A stretch of 63,915 nucleotides of DNA, filler included, from Octopus bimaculoides (Eukaryota), in the NCBI RefSeq assembly GCF_001194135.2. It is 4 parts of 4 records of this genome, joined end to end, with 100 filler letters (N's around TTAATTAATTAA, not from the genome) between each part and the next. Parts side by side here need not be neighbours in the genome. Positions count along the whole stretch, not along the records: positions 1 to 25,220 come from NC_068996.1; 3 more parts are not named here. The stretch is one strand, 5' to 3'. A model generated the notes under the pieces. That model did not search any database. It was not told the origin of the DNA and saw only the letters and a program-made list of their open reading frames with translations. Position 1 is the stretch's first letter; each line of letters begins with the position of its first letter. This document shows, piece after piece, positions 1-11,310 of the stretch. The translations under genes and the position numbers were made by a program.

Positions 1-104
1 TCATACTCTTAATTGCTTTATCTACCCTGGTACTATCAACTCGGATAGCTGGTCCCTCTATTGGGTCGACATAAGGCAGGCTCTCTTTCTCCCATTCATT
101 CTCT

Positions 105-787
105 TTATAGTTTTGACTATTAGTTCTGCCATGAATGGAAACCATTGGGCCGGCAAATTTCCAAGATATAGCCCCCAGATCATCGCAAATCCTCCTCCAT
201 GTTTAACAGTTGGAAGAAGGCAGTCTGGGTCAAATGTTTCTTTTGGCTATCTCCACACGCATACTAGGCCGGTGGTCAGAAATAAGGTACAGGATGACTT
301 GTCTGGAAAAATAACATTCTTCCACTGCTCTGGGGACCAATTCTATTGGATTTTACTCCACTCTAAATGCTTTGCAACGTTTGTTTGTGAAAGTAGTGGG
401 TTTTTGATTGCAGCCCTCCTGTGAAATCCAGCTTTGTGCAGCTCTCAGCAAACAGTTTTTGTGGAAACTGGGTTCTCGAGGTGGTCATTAAGCTCTGCAG
501 TAATTTGGGGAGCTGTACTTTTGTGATCCTTTCTAACAATTCGCATGAAAGTCCGAGGGTACCTATCTGAAAGTTTGGGTTTTCTTCCAGAGTTTTGTTT
601 CGAGAAGGTTTTTCCCTCTTTCTCAAAGGCTGTCATTACTTTTGAGACAGTACTTCTTGATACACCAAACATTATATCTGTTTTCGTTACACTAGCGCCT
701 GCCATATGAGAATCAACAATTTGATTTCTTTGAAAGTCCTAGGTGTTTGAAAGTGCTAGGTGTTTCCATTATTTTGTCCAACCCCTG
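105..787 (-). mobile_element. Tc1-family DNA transposon, 3'-truncated, disrupted transposase
   Basis: TIR CAGGGGTTGGACAAAATAATGGAAACAC starts at 787 next to TA. ORF 445-705 encodes paired HTH (GVSRSTVSKV..GRKPKLS..RKDHKSTAPQIT). Downstream minus-strand translation gives PTVKHGGGFAMIWGAIS. Confidence 0.9.
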
Positions 788-920
788 TATATATATATAT
801 ATATATATGCATTTAATTTGATGTAATGATTGCATTGTTCAATTAAATAGAGTTGCTTTAAATGGCTGTACTGCATTACCTCTGGATATCCTGTTGCTTA
901 TTTTGATATATATATATCAC

Positions 921-1175
921 CTTGGGCGAGTGTCTTCTACCCCAGGCTGACCAAATCCTTGTGAATGGATTTAATTGATGGAAAACTTAAAAGAAGTCCA
1001 TCTCATATATATGACAGGTTCTAAATAGTGTCAGTTTCTCAGATTGACTAACAAGGCATTGATCTGCCCAGGGGTTTAGTAGAGGACACTTGACCAGGGT
1101 ACTGCAGAGTGGGACTGAACCCAAAAACATATAGTTGCCAGATAAGTGTCTTAACCACACAACGATATCTGTACC
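921..1175. mobile_element. Two fragments of tRNA-derived SINE family A in opposite orientations
   Basis: 921-1010 matches the + body (CTTGGGCGAGTGTCTTCTA..CCAAATCCTTGTGAATGGATTT). 1035-1175 matches the - head (GGGACTGAACCC..TCTTAACCACAC) of the intact copies at 11311 and 16632. Confidence 0.6.
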
Positions 1176-1812
1176 TAAAGACAAAAACAAAAACGCTTAA
1201 AAAAATGTGAATTCTTTGCATCTTTTTCCTTTTTGCGCCTTAACTTTAATTTCAAGGTTTTAATCGTTTCGACTGACAACGAATTGATTATCTTCCTTGT
1301 AGCTGAGAATCTTAAGTGAAGAGGCTAGAGCAGAACAGGTTTCTTGCTGTAAAGAATCTCTGTGTCTACTCATATTTTAGAAAAGTGGTTAGGATTAGGA
1401 TTATGGTTTAGGGCTGGATGGTTTTACAGGATCCAAGTCCACATTATGGTTCACTGTCAACTTTAACATGGTTTCTATGGCTAGATGTGCTTCCAAATGC
1501 CAAACCACTTACAAATAATATGGGATGACTTTATTGTGCACTAGCACTAGTGAGGTCACCATGCAGCCTGTAAGACTAAGATACTTTTTGACTGATTGGG
1601 GTTACATTTGAGAGGAAGGTATCTTTATACTACATGATGAGCAGCTTAAATATGAGAGAAAGGGGCTAGAGCATTATAAGTTTCTTTTTGCAGTGAGGTT
1701 ACATTGCTATTCACATTTTAGAGATGATTAGAATAATTATGAGGTGTTGTTGAATATTGTCTTCATTAATTATCTTGTCATCTAAATCCTGTTATTTTGT
1801 ATTTTATTACAG

Positions 1813-1934
1813 CAGAAGTGAATTTTGGAAACTGGATCTCTGGGAAGATGATTTCCGCAGGAGACGCAGATTCGTTAAGAATCCTTATGGTTCTACGCAC
1901 CCAGAAGCTACATTAAAAGCTGCTATTGAACATG
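1813..1934 (+). CDS. NBEA: Neurobeachin/LRBA-family protein, internal exon (end of DUF1088 region)
   Basis: Encodes [40 protein letters not shown](G), matching the NBEA/LRBA motif FWRLDYWEDDLRRRRRFVRN..GSTH.EA.LKAA.E.G. Acceptor ttttattacag, donor G|gtatgt, phase 1 end. The start could be 1813, 1816 or 1819 (tandem acceptors). NBEA versus LRBA orthology cannot be resolved from three exons. Confidence 0.93.
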
Positions 1935-3778
1935 GTATGTAACAAAGAGAGAAATTTTCATCATTTCATATTTTACTTTGTTTCAGTCATTGAACTGCAG
2001 CCATGCTGGGGAAAACAAATTAACTACATTCTATCAGTCTCCATTGCTGAACCACTAAGTTACAGAGATGTCAAGAAACACATCAGTTGCCAGATGATGG
2101 TGGTGGCACCCCCTCCCCCTCCCCACACATGCATATACTTCAAGCTTCTACATTGTTTCTGTCTACTAAATTCGCATACAAGGTATTTGGTTAGCCCAGG
2201 ACCAAAGTAGTAGACACTTAACCACAAAACCATGCCTGTGCATGTGCCTATAAATACACACACACACACACACTGATGGAAGGGGATTTATTTAAAGACT
2301 GAGGTATATCAAAGTGGAGCACACCACACTTGATAAATAGACAATATGACACAAATCAACTGATAATCCATTCCATTAGTGTTCAACAATGAAAGAAAGT
2401 TCATTGGTGTTTCATAATCTGCAAATCCAAGCATATTCAAAATTGAGTGGAGTTTTAAACCTAGCTTGAAGTCATAATAAAAAGACAGATGAATGGATTA
2501 TATGGTATATCTACAAATGTTTTGTTAACATCACATAGGCATCACATATATATATACATGCAATATCTATAAGGTTATGTAATTTGTTACATTTAAACTC
2601 CCAAGGCTTTAGGTTATACTATAGTGTAGACCGATAAACATTGGTATACCACTTTGTTGAAGAGTATAGCAGCATTTGAAAATCAAATAATGAATATCAC
2701 TAGTTTAAAAGTGGCAGTGAGCTAATTGAAATCATAGGGAATTCAATTAAACTACCCAAGAAATTGACAGCAGAAAGGGGGAGTGTCAAGTTATGTGTAA
2801 ATAGTAGGGGAACCTAACAGGATCAGAACAAAGAACAAAAAAATGTGGAAAAAAGATTTGACTGGAATCTCCTCTTGTTAAACTCAACCACCCAACATAG
2901 AACCAGACACTAGCATCAAGAATTTTATTATCTACAGAAACTGGCACCAACCTTGAATTCAGACTCTGTCAATGTTTTGGAGTATAGAAAAACTTTAATT
3001 TATTTTCTTAACACTTACATGTATGAAAGTTTTTAGCTTAATTTGAATAAAAAATGAAATTAGTACACAGGAGTAAACCAAGAGAGACAGTAAATTAATA
3101 TACAGAGAAAATATAGAGGATTATTATAAATATAGAAGATTATTATGATAATGAAATTATTGTACACTGTTCACAGGTGCACTACAATTATAAAAAAAAA
3201 AGGGCATCTGGTATGCTGTTGGCGAATTTCAGGACACATGGAAGTTTTAAAGGATGTAGTGTCTTGCTAGCTAACAACTGGTGTGGGTAGTTTATTCCAT
3301 GCTTCAGCAATTCTGAGCATGAAAAAAAAGAAAAGCTCTGAAAAAATTCAGCAGAGAGATAGAAAAAAACTGAGTGCAATAGTTATGTAATTAAATGATA
3401 ATAATAGTAAACACATAACGGAAAGCAGATTAAAAGAAAAGCGTTAAAGGAAAGGAAATTAAGATAAGCATCATTAGCTCAGGCAAGTTCAGTCATATGT
3501 GCATGTTAAGCTTAGACAGATAGTTATAAGTTTTAACTTGTCTCTAATTCTTTAGAATATAATATTATGCTAGCTTAGTTGCATGGAAATTTAGATTACA
3601 ATATGTCAAATATTACTGTAAAGCTATAAAAAAAAATTCCTGTAATTTATAAACAGAAATAGAAAAGAACCTGGTACCAATAGTTGTATTTAAAAAAATG
3701 TAGATTAGCTATGAAGCGTGACTGTCCAGATTAGAACACCATTGACATATTCATTATAAATTAATAAAATCATTATCA

Positions 3779-3950
3779 TCATCATCATCGTTTAACGTCT
3801 GCTTTCCATGCTGGCATGGGTTGAACGGTTTGACTGGGGACTAGTGAACCAGATGGCTGCACCAGTCTCCAATCTGATCTGGTAGAGTTTCTACAGCTGG
3901 ATGTCCTTCCTAACGCCAACCACTCCGAGAGTGTAGTGGGTGCTTTTAGT
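3779..3950 (-). mobile_element. SINE with RTE-type 3' tail and (GAT)n end (family C)
   Basis: ATCATCATCGTTTAACGTC..CCATGCTGGCATGGGTTG..GGATGTCCTTCCTAACGCCAACC. Related fragments at about 1430-1570, 4270-4345, 8825-8910, 16345-16460, 23105-23145 and 27786-27845. Confidence 0.6.
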
Positions 3951-4995
3951 TCAGGGGTACTTAAGGTGCCTTGTAGTAAAATTGAATCCGAAACTATGCG
4001 GTTGCCAAGCAAGCTTCTTAGGTCATGCAGCCAAATCTGTGCCTTTTTTGTAATATTTTTATTCTTGTTTTTGTTGAGGTGTTTGTTGCTGCTATTTCTG
4101 CAAGTCCTAATTGAAAAGGTGGTTCAACTATGGTGATTTGACTTCTGGATTGTATAACTGGTCTTAGGAAGGCATCAAAACCATAGAAACTACATCCAAA
4201 AATGGATCTTAAATGACTTAGTTGCAAGTATTTAAGACCCATCTAGTAGGGAAGTAACTGCAATGAAGAATGGTTTATGTCAAACCATCTAAGCCATGCT
4301 AGCAAGGAAAATGAACATAAAATGATGGTGATAATGATGATGATGATACACACAAGCATCTTCACATTATGAATGTGTGTGTGTGTGTTGTATCATCTTT
4401 GCTTTAGTATTTGAATTTCCATACTTGTTATGGATCAGATGAAAATATGTTAGGACAAAGCTTTCTACAACTAGATGCCCCCTTTCTCATACAAACCTTT
4501 ACCTGTTTCTAAACCAACCAACTTATACCTGTTTCTCAAACAACAAACAGCTTGCACATTCAGCAAACACATGTTGAAATTAGGGGAAATATGAATTCAC
4601 TCACACAAACATCTCCACATGCTCTTAAATACGTACATACATATATATAGTAATAATAAAAATAATCCTTGAATGGGATTTATAAACATTTAATGCATCA
4701 CTACACACGTTTCCACCAATCGCTTGTCTCTTTAAGATCACAGTCCTTAGATCATTCCTGGGATGATTACAGTGTCGTCCGTAATATCCATAGGCATCAG
4801 GTTGATCATCTTCATGCATTCATTTCTTCAGGTGATATGACGTTAATGGATGTTTAACAGAGGGATGTTTATCCCTTTCGACCAGTGTTGAAGGTAGATT
4901 GAGTTATGTTGATTGAGACGTGATGATAGTTGTAATTAATTTTTGTTGTTTTAATGATGTTAAAACTAATTAATTTTCTACTTCTTTTTGTTTAG

Positions 4996-5139
4996 GTGCA
5001 ACAGAAGATGCAATTAATCAGGCGTGGGAGGCTTTCCATGCACATTTGGCAAATGCCAAGAGGGGCCAGCAGCAACCTCCAGACTATACTGATGAAGAAC
5101 TACTAATGGAAGAGCGAGATTTTGAACAAGAATTCTCTG
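4996..5139 (+). CDS. NBEA: Neurobeachin/LRBA-family protein, internal exon (linker before PH domain)
   Basis: Acceptor cttctttttgtttag, donor G|gtaagc, 144 bp, phase 1-1. Encodes (G)ATEDAINQAWEAFHAHLANAKRGQQQPPDYTDEELLMEERDFEQEFS(G), in frame with both flanking exons. Confidence 0.88.
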
Positions 5140-5559
5140 GTAAGCTATTTTATATTTTCTTCATTTTTTTCTTTATTTTTATTTTTATTGAAAGTCTTAA
5201 ACATGGCAAAAAGCTATGTAGTGTAAGGGACTATGAAGAAGAAATTAAGATAAAAGGAATGAATTTACTTTTAGACTTGAAAGAGTTCGGGTTGAAAGAA
5301 GTGGGGAAATCAATGAAATAGAAGAGAGTACCAAAGCCTGGAAGTTTGGGATAAAAAAAAAATGCTCTGACTAGAAAGATTTCCTTATTTGTAGAAACAC
5401 ACCACCATTTGGATGAAGATGCTGTAACTTTATTTGTGTGTAATATGCACTGCTGTGAAACCTTTGGTCATAGGCTTTCTCAATTAGGGCAAGCCTAGAA
5501 TTTGTATGCATGCATGTGTTAGTGTGTGCTTGATTAAGTATAATGAAGTACTGAGGCTG

Positions 5560-6089
5560 ATGTCATCAACTGACTGCTTCTCCCTAAAAATTGCTGGCTT
5601 TAGACCAAAATTTGAAAGCACACCTGGCAAAATGTTTAATAAAGATAACAGTAATAAAAATTATTAGTTATAATTATTGCTATTATTATTATTAAATCAG
5701 TGAGCTAGCAGAATCATTACCATGCTGGAAAATTGCATAGTGGCATTTTTGCTAACTATACGTTCTGAGTTCAAATGCCATGAAGGTCGACTTTGTGTTT
5801 CATCTTTTCTGAGTCAATAAAATAAGTTTAACATGGTCTAAAATTGTTTGTCTTGTGCCAAAATTTTGAAACTATTATTATTGTGGCAGAATTGTTAGCA
5901 TGCCTGGCAAAAATGCTTAGCAGAATTTTGTACATTTTTACATTCTGAGTTCAAATTCCACTGGGGTTGATTTTGCTTTTCATTCTTTTGGGGTTGATAA
6001 AATAAGTACCATTTGATTGAGCACTGGGATCAATTTAATTGATTTGGTCCCTCCCTCAAAATTGCTGGCTTTGTGCCAAAATTTAAAGC

Positions 6090-6125
<36 letters not shown>

Positions 6126-6126
6126 C
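5560..6126 (+). mobile_element. Head-to-tail train of about 3 tRNA-derived SINE family B copies (Meta/MESC-like central domain)
   Basis: Repeated GAGCTAGCAGAATC..GTTCTGAGTTCAAAT (B box)..TTTGCCTTTCATC.TTT.GGGGTTGATAAAATAAGTACC..TTGTGCCAAAATTT with (ATT)n tails. Most CpGs have been converted. Confidence 0.75.
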
Positions 6127-6384
6127 ATGAGTTTTTCTTTTTTCAGTTTTGTTTCCATTTCTTACCAAGTGTCTTGTATATAATTCCTCATCGCTTAAAA
6201 AAGAACTGAAGTATTTAGATGGTTAAAAAGGACAGATAGCATGGTACCAATTGTTTACATTGGCAGGCCATTAAAATAAACACACCAGCTTGTTCATTTT
6301 CAAAATGAAATGTAGTTATGGGGCAGGAAGGGAATAAAATACATGAAAAAAAAATGAATGAAAATACACGGGTGGTAATTGTTC

Positions 6385-7500
6385 TCATATTGACAATGCT
6401 CTTCTCAATACGTGTGATGTACCAGTTAAAACAATCTTTTGCACTTCTTGCATGGATGGTAAGCCAGGGATCATCCTCAAATAATTTTCAGTTCCATTTT
6501 TGATTATTCCAAGTTCTCCTACAATCACTGGTATTGTAACCACCTGATGGAGATAATGCCCCATTTTTTCAATTTCAATGAGCAAACCTTTATATTTTCT
6601 TAACTTCTCAAATATTTTTGTCAAGATATTATGATCACAAGGAATACTCATGTCAGTCAATAATCATACTTTATCTGGTTTATTAGCTTTGTTGGTTCTG
6701 TCTATGTACTGGAAAGTCCCAAAGAATCATTACATTATCTCCATCAGTTACAGCCTCAGAGTGGTGATTATATCACTTGTTGGCAGTTTTGGTTTTATAA
6801 TGCCATCATATTAACCAGTGTAGATATTGACCAACACTGTCATTTCTTGCTTTATGCTCCAGTGATACTAAGACTTTACATCCAGAGGTTAGGTGGTCCA
6901 ATGTTTTAATCTCATTGTTGTACTTTGGGTCTACTCTATTTTTCATCACATTGGCTTGATAGTCCCAGGTCAATAAGATTTGATCTTGAGCAGATAAGGT
7001 GAGGCCTTTGCTCTCTGCCTCTAGCCCTGACCTGTGTAGCCATTGATGGGTGTACTTCTGGTCAACACCAGCTTGCTTGCTATACTGGCCATGTATTTGT
7101 CCTGCAGAAGTTTCTGCTCCCAGCCAGTTGTTCATACACTTTTTGGTTGCCACCGATATCGCCTTTGCAACAACAGTTGCTGCCCTTCCATGATGCTGTT
7201 CAGCCTGGGTATCATGCATGAGATCAGTGATAAATTTTTTGCTCTCCTGTATGACAAAATGAAACTTTTTTACACCTCTCATGATTTTTAATGAGCTTTA
7301 GAATCCAGATGTTTGCGGCTTCAAAATATTTGGCCAGTCCAGTTGTGGTAGTTTTTGTAAGAGAGTTCAAATTAGATTGAGCCTTGAATTTCATGGGCTC
7401 TGGCAAGGTAAAGATGATCTATGTCTGTCTTTGTGTGGTACATCTTATTATAACTTAGCAGCTTGCATATTTTTATGTCCAGTTCAACACATTGTAGCTA
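6385..7500 (-). mobile_element. R4/Dong-clade non-LTR retrotransposon, 5'-truncated pseudogene
   Basis: Minus-strand translations: KMYHTKTDIDHLYLAR, HQWLHRSGLEAESKGLTLSAQDQ, TLDHLTSGCKVL..RNDSVGQYLHW (CCHC region) and DMSIPCDHNI..EK..KYKGLLIEI..IPVIVGELG (restriction-like endonuclease C-terminus). Confidence 0.88.
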
Positions 7501-7745
7501 TAAGTAGTAGTAATAATAATAATAATAATAATAATTATTATTATTTCTTTTTATCACAGATTTTGTTGGAACACATGGAATCTTGCATGTGTAGTGAGCT
7601 TGCTACCCTTCAGCCATTGGTACCATGCTATCTGTCCTTTTTAACCATCTAAATACTTCAGTTCTTTTTTAAGCGATGAGGAATTATATACATTATTTAC
7701 ATTATTTATATTTGATGGATATTTGTCCTCATCTTGTTTGTTGTT

Positions 7746-7791
7746 AACACAATGTTTTGGCTGATATACCCTCCAGCCTTCATCAGGTGTC
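7746..7791 (-). ncRNA. Minimal type I hammerhead ribozyme motif, degenerate
   Basis: Minus strand reads GACAC-CTGATGA-A-GGCTG-GAGGGTATAT-CAGCC-AAAA-CATT-GTGTT. Core, helix II and helix I are present; GAAA reads AAAA and ACGT reads ACAT. Confidence 0.7.
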
Positions 7792-8026
7792 TTGGGGAAA
7801 TTTCAAACCTGGGTTCTCATTTCGAAGGTATTTTTTGATGTTGTTATCATTATTATTATTATTAAAGTCACTGCCTGGAATCGAATTCGGAATCTTGGGC
7901 TTAGTAGCCCGCGCTCTTAACCACTACGCCATATGACCGAGTTTGATTCCAGGCAGTAACTTTAATAATAATAACAACATCAAGAAATACCTTAGGAATG
8001 AGAGCCCAGGTTTGAAATTTCCCCAA

Positions 8027-8070
8027 GACACCTGATGAAGGCTGGAGGGTATATCAGCCAAAACGTGTTA
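8027..8070 (+). ncRNA. Minimal type I hammerhead ribozyme motif, degenerate (second arm)
   Basis: GACAC-CTGATGA(8032-8038)-A-GGCTG-loop-CAGCC-AAAACGTGTT. G12 position 8060 is A, and there is a 3-nt deletion at the cleavage site relative to the other arm. Confidence 0.65.
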
Positions 8071-8124
8071 ACAACAAACAAGATTAGGACAAATATCTGT
8101 CAAATATACATAATGTATCTCATA

Positions 8125-8800
8125 CTTTCCTAATTGTTCTGGTTGTGTCAAACCTTTTGTAACAGTTCTACTGGGCACTCTATTCCAATTTCCTTTATAC
8201 TCCCCTTGATGCCTTCTGATACTGTTCCCAAGGACCCAACAATAATTGGCTCTATCTTCACCACTATCTTTTCCATAACCAGGCTATTTCGTACTTAAGA
8301 GGGTTGTATCTATTTATTTTTTTGCCTTCCTTCTTGAACTATTAGTGTGTCAGAAGGGCATGCAACATCAACTATATGGCACATGTGAGGCACCTTGTCC
8401 ACCATCACTAGATCTGGTTTGTTATGTTCTAGTATCTGATTTTGCTAGTCTCCAATTCCACCACTCCCTGCAGTTTGTTCTCATACCATGTCTTACCTCT
8501 CTCTAAACCCCACTTTTCACAGTTTCCAATATAGCACTTTCATACCTCATCGTGCTGCCACATCTTGTAATGGTTTTGGGAAAGTCTAGGGCACTTCACA
8601 ACATGAGCAGTGGTTCTGTAAACTCTATTACAGATACAGCACAGTGGAGACACTTGCTCATTCCTAAGGTTCCCTCCAGTTTGTGGCCGAAACTTGGTCT
8701 TGTGCTGCCAGTATGGTGCTCTCAGCCTCATTTTTCAGTGCTCCTTTCTTTAGCCAGTCCCACCTGTGTTTTTCAGCCACTTCAGTTGTGGCTATATGAA
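8125..8800 (-). mobile_element. Second R4-like non-LTR retrotransposon 3' fragment
   Basis: Minus strand: CCICNRVYRTTAHVVKCPRLSQNHYKMWQHDEV (CCHC finger region), PDLVMVDK, and IVVKIEPIIVGSLG at about 8230-8270. Confidence 0.7.
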
Positions 8801-8929
8801 ATTGTTGTTGTTGTTATTAATTATTCATCATCATCATCATTTAGCATCCATTGTCCATGCTGGCATGGGTTGAATGGTTTGACCAGGGCTAGTAAGCTGA
8901 GGAGCTGCACCAGACTTATTATTATCAAG

Positions 8930-9310
8930 GCAGTGAGCTGGCAGAATCGTTAGCATGCCAGGCAAAATGCTGCTAAGCATTTTGCCTGACCTCATGTTCT
9001 GAGCTCAAATTCCGCTGAGGCCTACTTTGCCTTTCATCCCTTCGGGGTCAATAAAATAAGTACCTGTTGAACACTGAGGTCAATGAAATCATCCCATCCC
9101 CTCCCCCAAAATTGCTACCCTTGTGGCAGAGCTGGCAGAATTATTAGCATGTTGGGCAAAATACTTAGCAGCATTTCTTCCCACTCTTTACATGCTAAAT
9201 TCCAATCTCATTGAGGCTGATGTTTTCTGTCCTCCTTAACTGGGGGTTGATATAATCAACTAACTCCCTCCTACTAAAAATTGTGGGCCTTATGCCAAAA
9301 ATTGAAAACC
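8930..9310 (+). mobile_element. Two tandem SINE family B copies
   Basis: GGCAGTGAGCTGGCAGAATCGTTAGC..GTTCTGAGCTCAAATTCC..TTTGCCTTTCATCCCTTCGGGGTCAATAAAATAAGTACC, followed directly by a second, more decayed copy from about 9125. Confidence 0.75.
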
Positions 9311-9369
9311 GTTATAAGTGGATAGAAATAGAATGATTCTACACCTTACTGTTTTTGTTTGTTTTTTAG

Positions 9370-9506
9370 GTCCAGTGGCCTTGTCAACATCATGTAAGCT
9401 GATCTCTTTGGGACTAGCTGTCGCTGGGACAATGTCAATTACAAAAACTGATCTTTACTTTGAAATGGATGAAGAGGATAAAGAGAATAAGAAAATATCA
9501 CCACAG
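9370..9506 (+). CDS. NBEA: Neurobeachin/LRBA-family protein, internal exon (start of PH domain)
   Basis: Acceptor gttttttag, donor CAG|gtcagt, phase 1-0. Encodes (G)PVALSTSCKLISLGLAVAGTMSITKTDLYFEMDEEDKENKKISPQ, matching NBEA GPVVLSTPAQLIAP...GTLSITTTEIYFEVDEDD. Confidence 0.92.
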
Positions 9507-11310
9507 GTCAGTGAAAGAATATTTACCTCATTCATTTAATCATATATTTTATATATTCTCAGTTTGTTAATTTGTATTTTGTCAACTGTACTTCCACCTT
9601 TGTTCATCTCTCACTGCATTCACCTCTACCCAACTGATACTCTCCTCTGACATGCTTATTAAATTACCCACCCTCTTTCTCTTCACCTGATCCACTGTTT
9701 GTATCCTCTTTTATACTCAGTTTCTTATATATCTTGAGATGCTCTGGCATCCCATCACTAGCATTTCCATCTTTTCTCCACCTACACCCACACTTCCATA
9801 ATGTGAGGTAGCTGTTTATCTCTTCCACGACAACACACCTGGGCTTGTCCCTTTATCACATCCTAGTCTCTCAATACCTGATAAAATGCCACATCACCCT
9901 TTCTTGAATACTGCATCCTCTGCTCACTCAAGGTGAGATTCTTCCTTCTCTTATCTTACAAGTTACTTGGTGATCTCACTAGTGCCAGTGGCACGAAAAA
10001 AAAAAAAAAAAAGCACCCAGTACACTCTGTAAATTGATTGCCAAAACAGACATTGGAGCTCCACACAGTCCTGTGGATCATCCTATCAAATCATACAACC
10101 TATGGAAAACATAGTAAATGATGCTGCAGACGATATTGTTTTCCACCATTCACTACACCCACCCCTCAAACTTGATCCAATCTCTACAGTTGCCACCTAC
10201 TTCCCCCGTATTTATCATCCATTCAAATACTTGTTCTTCATTCATTATATTTCTTCCCTCACCCTCTCCCCATCACTCACTATCTTTTACATTCTTATTA
10301 ACTCTATCCTCAAACACTCTCAGGCTTTTTGTCCCCATTAATCTCTCGCTTTCGATTCTGGCCTACAATTTTTTTTTTACACTACACACTTAAAATGAAG
10401 GTTAAAAAAAAAATTTGGAAATTGATGACCATTTTTACAGTCACTACTTTTTTTATTTTCAAACAGGAAATTAAACTTAATCTAAAAGTTAATTATTTTC
10501 AATTTTTTCATTACCCCACCTAAATCCTAAACTTTCAGCATTTTTGCAAAATTATTTTAAATCACAATTTTAAAATACAAACAGTCCAAATTTACCAATT
10601 TGTTTCTGTTTATAATTTCGAAATAATTTTCAGACGAAAAGGTGATTTAAGGGCGATTTAACTGTTGTTTTTAGTACATCCCACGACCACATAATACCTT
10701 CCTCGTTCCTTTGTCAGTCTGGCATGTATTGATGTTTTTCAACATATTTCTTCCCATAAACACATTTTATGGAGCAATGATGTGGTGTGCATTGCTAGGA
10801 TATAAGCAACAACAACTAAAAAAATTTATTTAAACCTTTAATCCCCACCCTGCATCAAGTGAGTTCGTGTGGGAGTGTATGTGTAAAAGGAAAACAGAAA
10901 AGTATGCTGTTAAAGTAAATTATCTTTTACATACCTTTTAAAGATCAGTTATCCTAATGAAACTCCTTACACACATGCATGCACACACCGACAAACACTG
11001 TGTGAGTGAGATACTTAGAGTGAGAAAGTGAAAGAGATAGACGAGAGAGAGAAAGATACAAAGATAGTATCAAAGAGTATGGTAAATATACAGAGAGAGA
11101 TTGATTGATGATGATAGATTGAGAGTGGGAAATTTGTCGCTCTAAAAGTTGAGTTATTTCTTGTAACAAATTTTTTTTTTTTTATTATTTACAAATGCAA
11201 TTGTCTGTGGGATGTAGAATTTGAAAATCAAATTTGCTTTTCTCAGGGACTTACCATTTCAGAGCCTTTTGGGACTAAACACATATACATAACATGTATT
11301 CTGCTGGCCA

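Larger units (their letters stand above)
7658..8120. mobile_element. Head-to-head inverted pair of a tRNA-headed, Penelope-tailed short element
   Basis: Minus copy 7935 to 7658 is complete, with A box TGGCGTAGTGG and B box GAATTCGATTCC. Plus copy 7937-8120 starts inside the B box. The arms of about 170 bp are reverse-complementary with scattered mismatches. Confidence 0.8.

Noticed and set aside
3175-3215. Possible extra neurobeachin micro-exon (cacag|..|gtatgc)
   Set aside because: There is an in-frame TAA in the required phase, and the flanking exons already join in frame.
4690-4835. CTGAAGA, CTGATG and GAAACGT motifs on the minus strand suggesting further hammerheads
   Set aside because: I could not form helix II or helix I in the correct register; a decayed Penelope-type repeat is possible but not supportable.
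7870-7935. Genuine tRNA gene
   Set aside because: The acceptor stem is absent and it is fused to a repeat body, so it is a SINE head.
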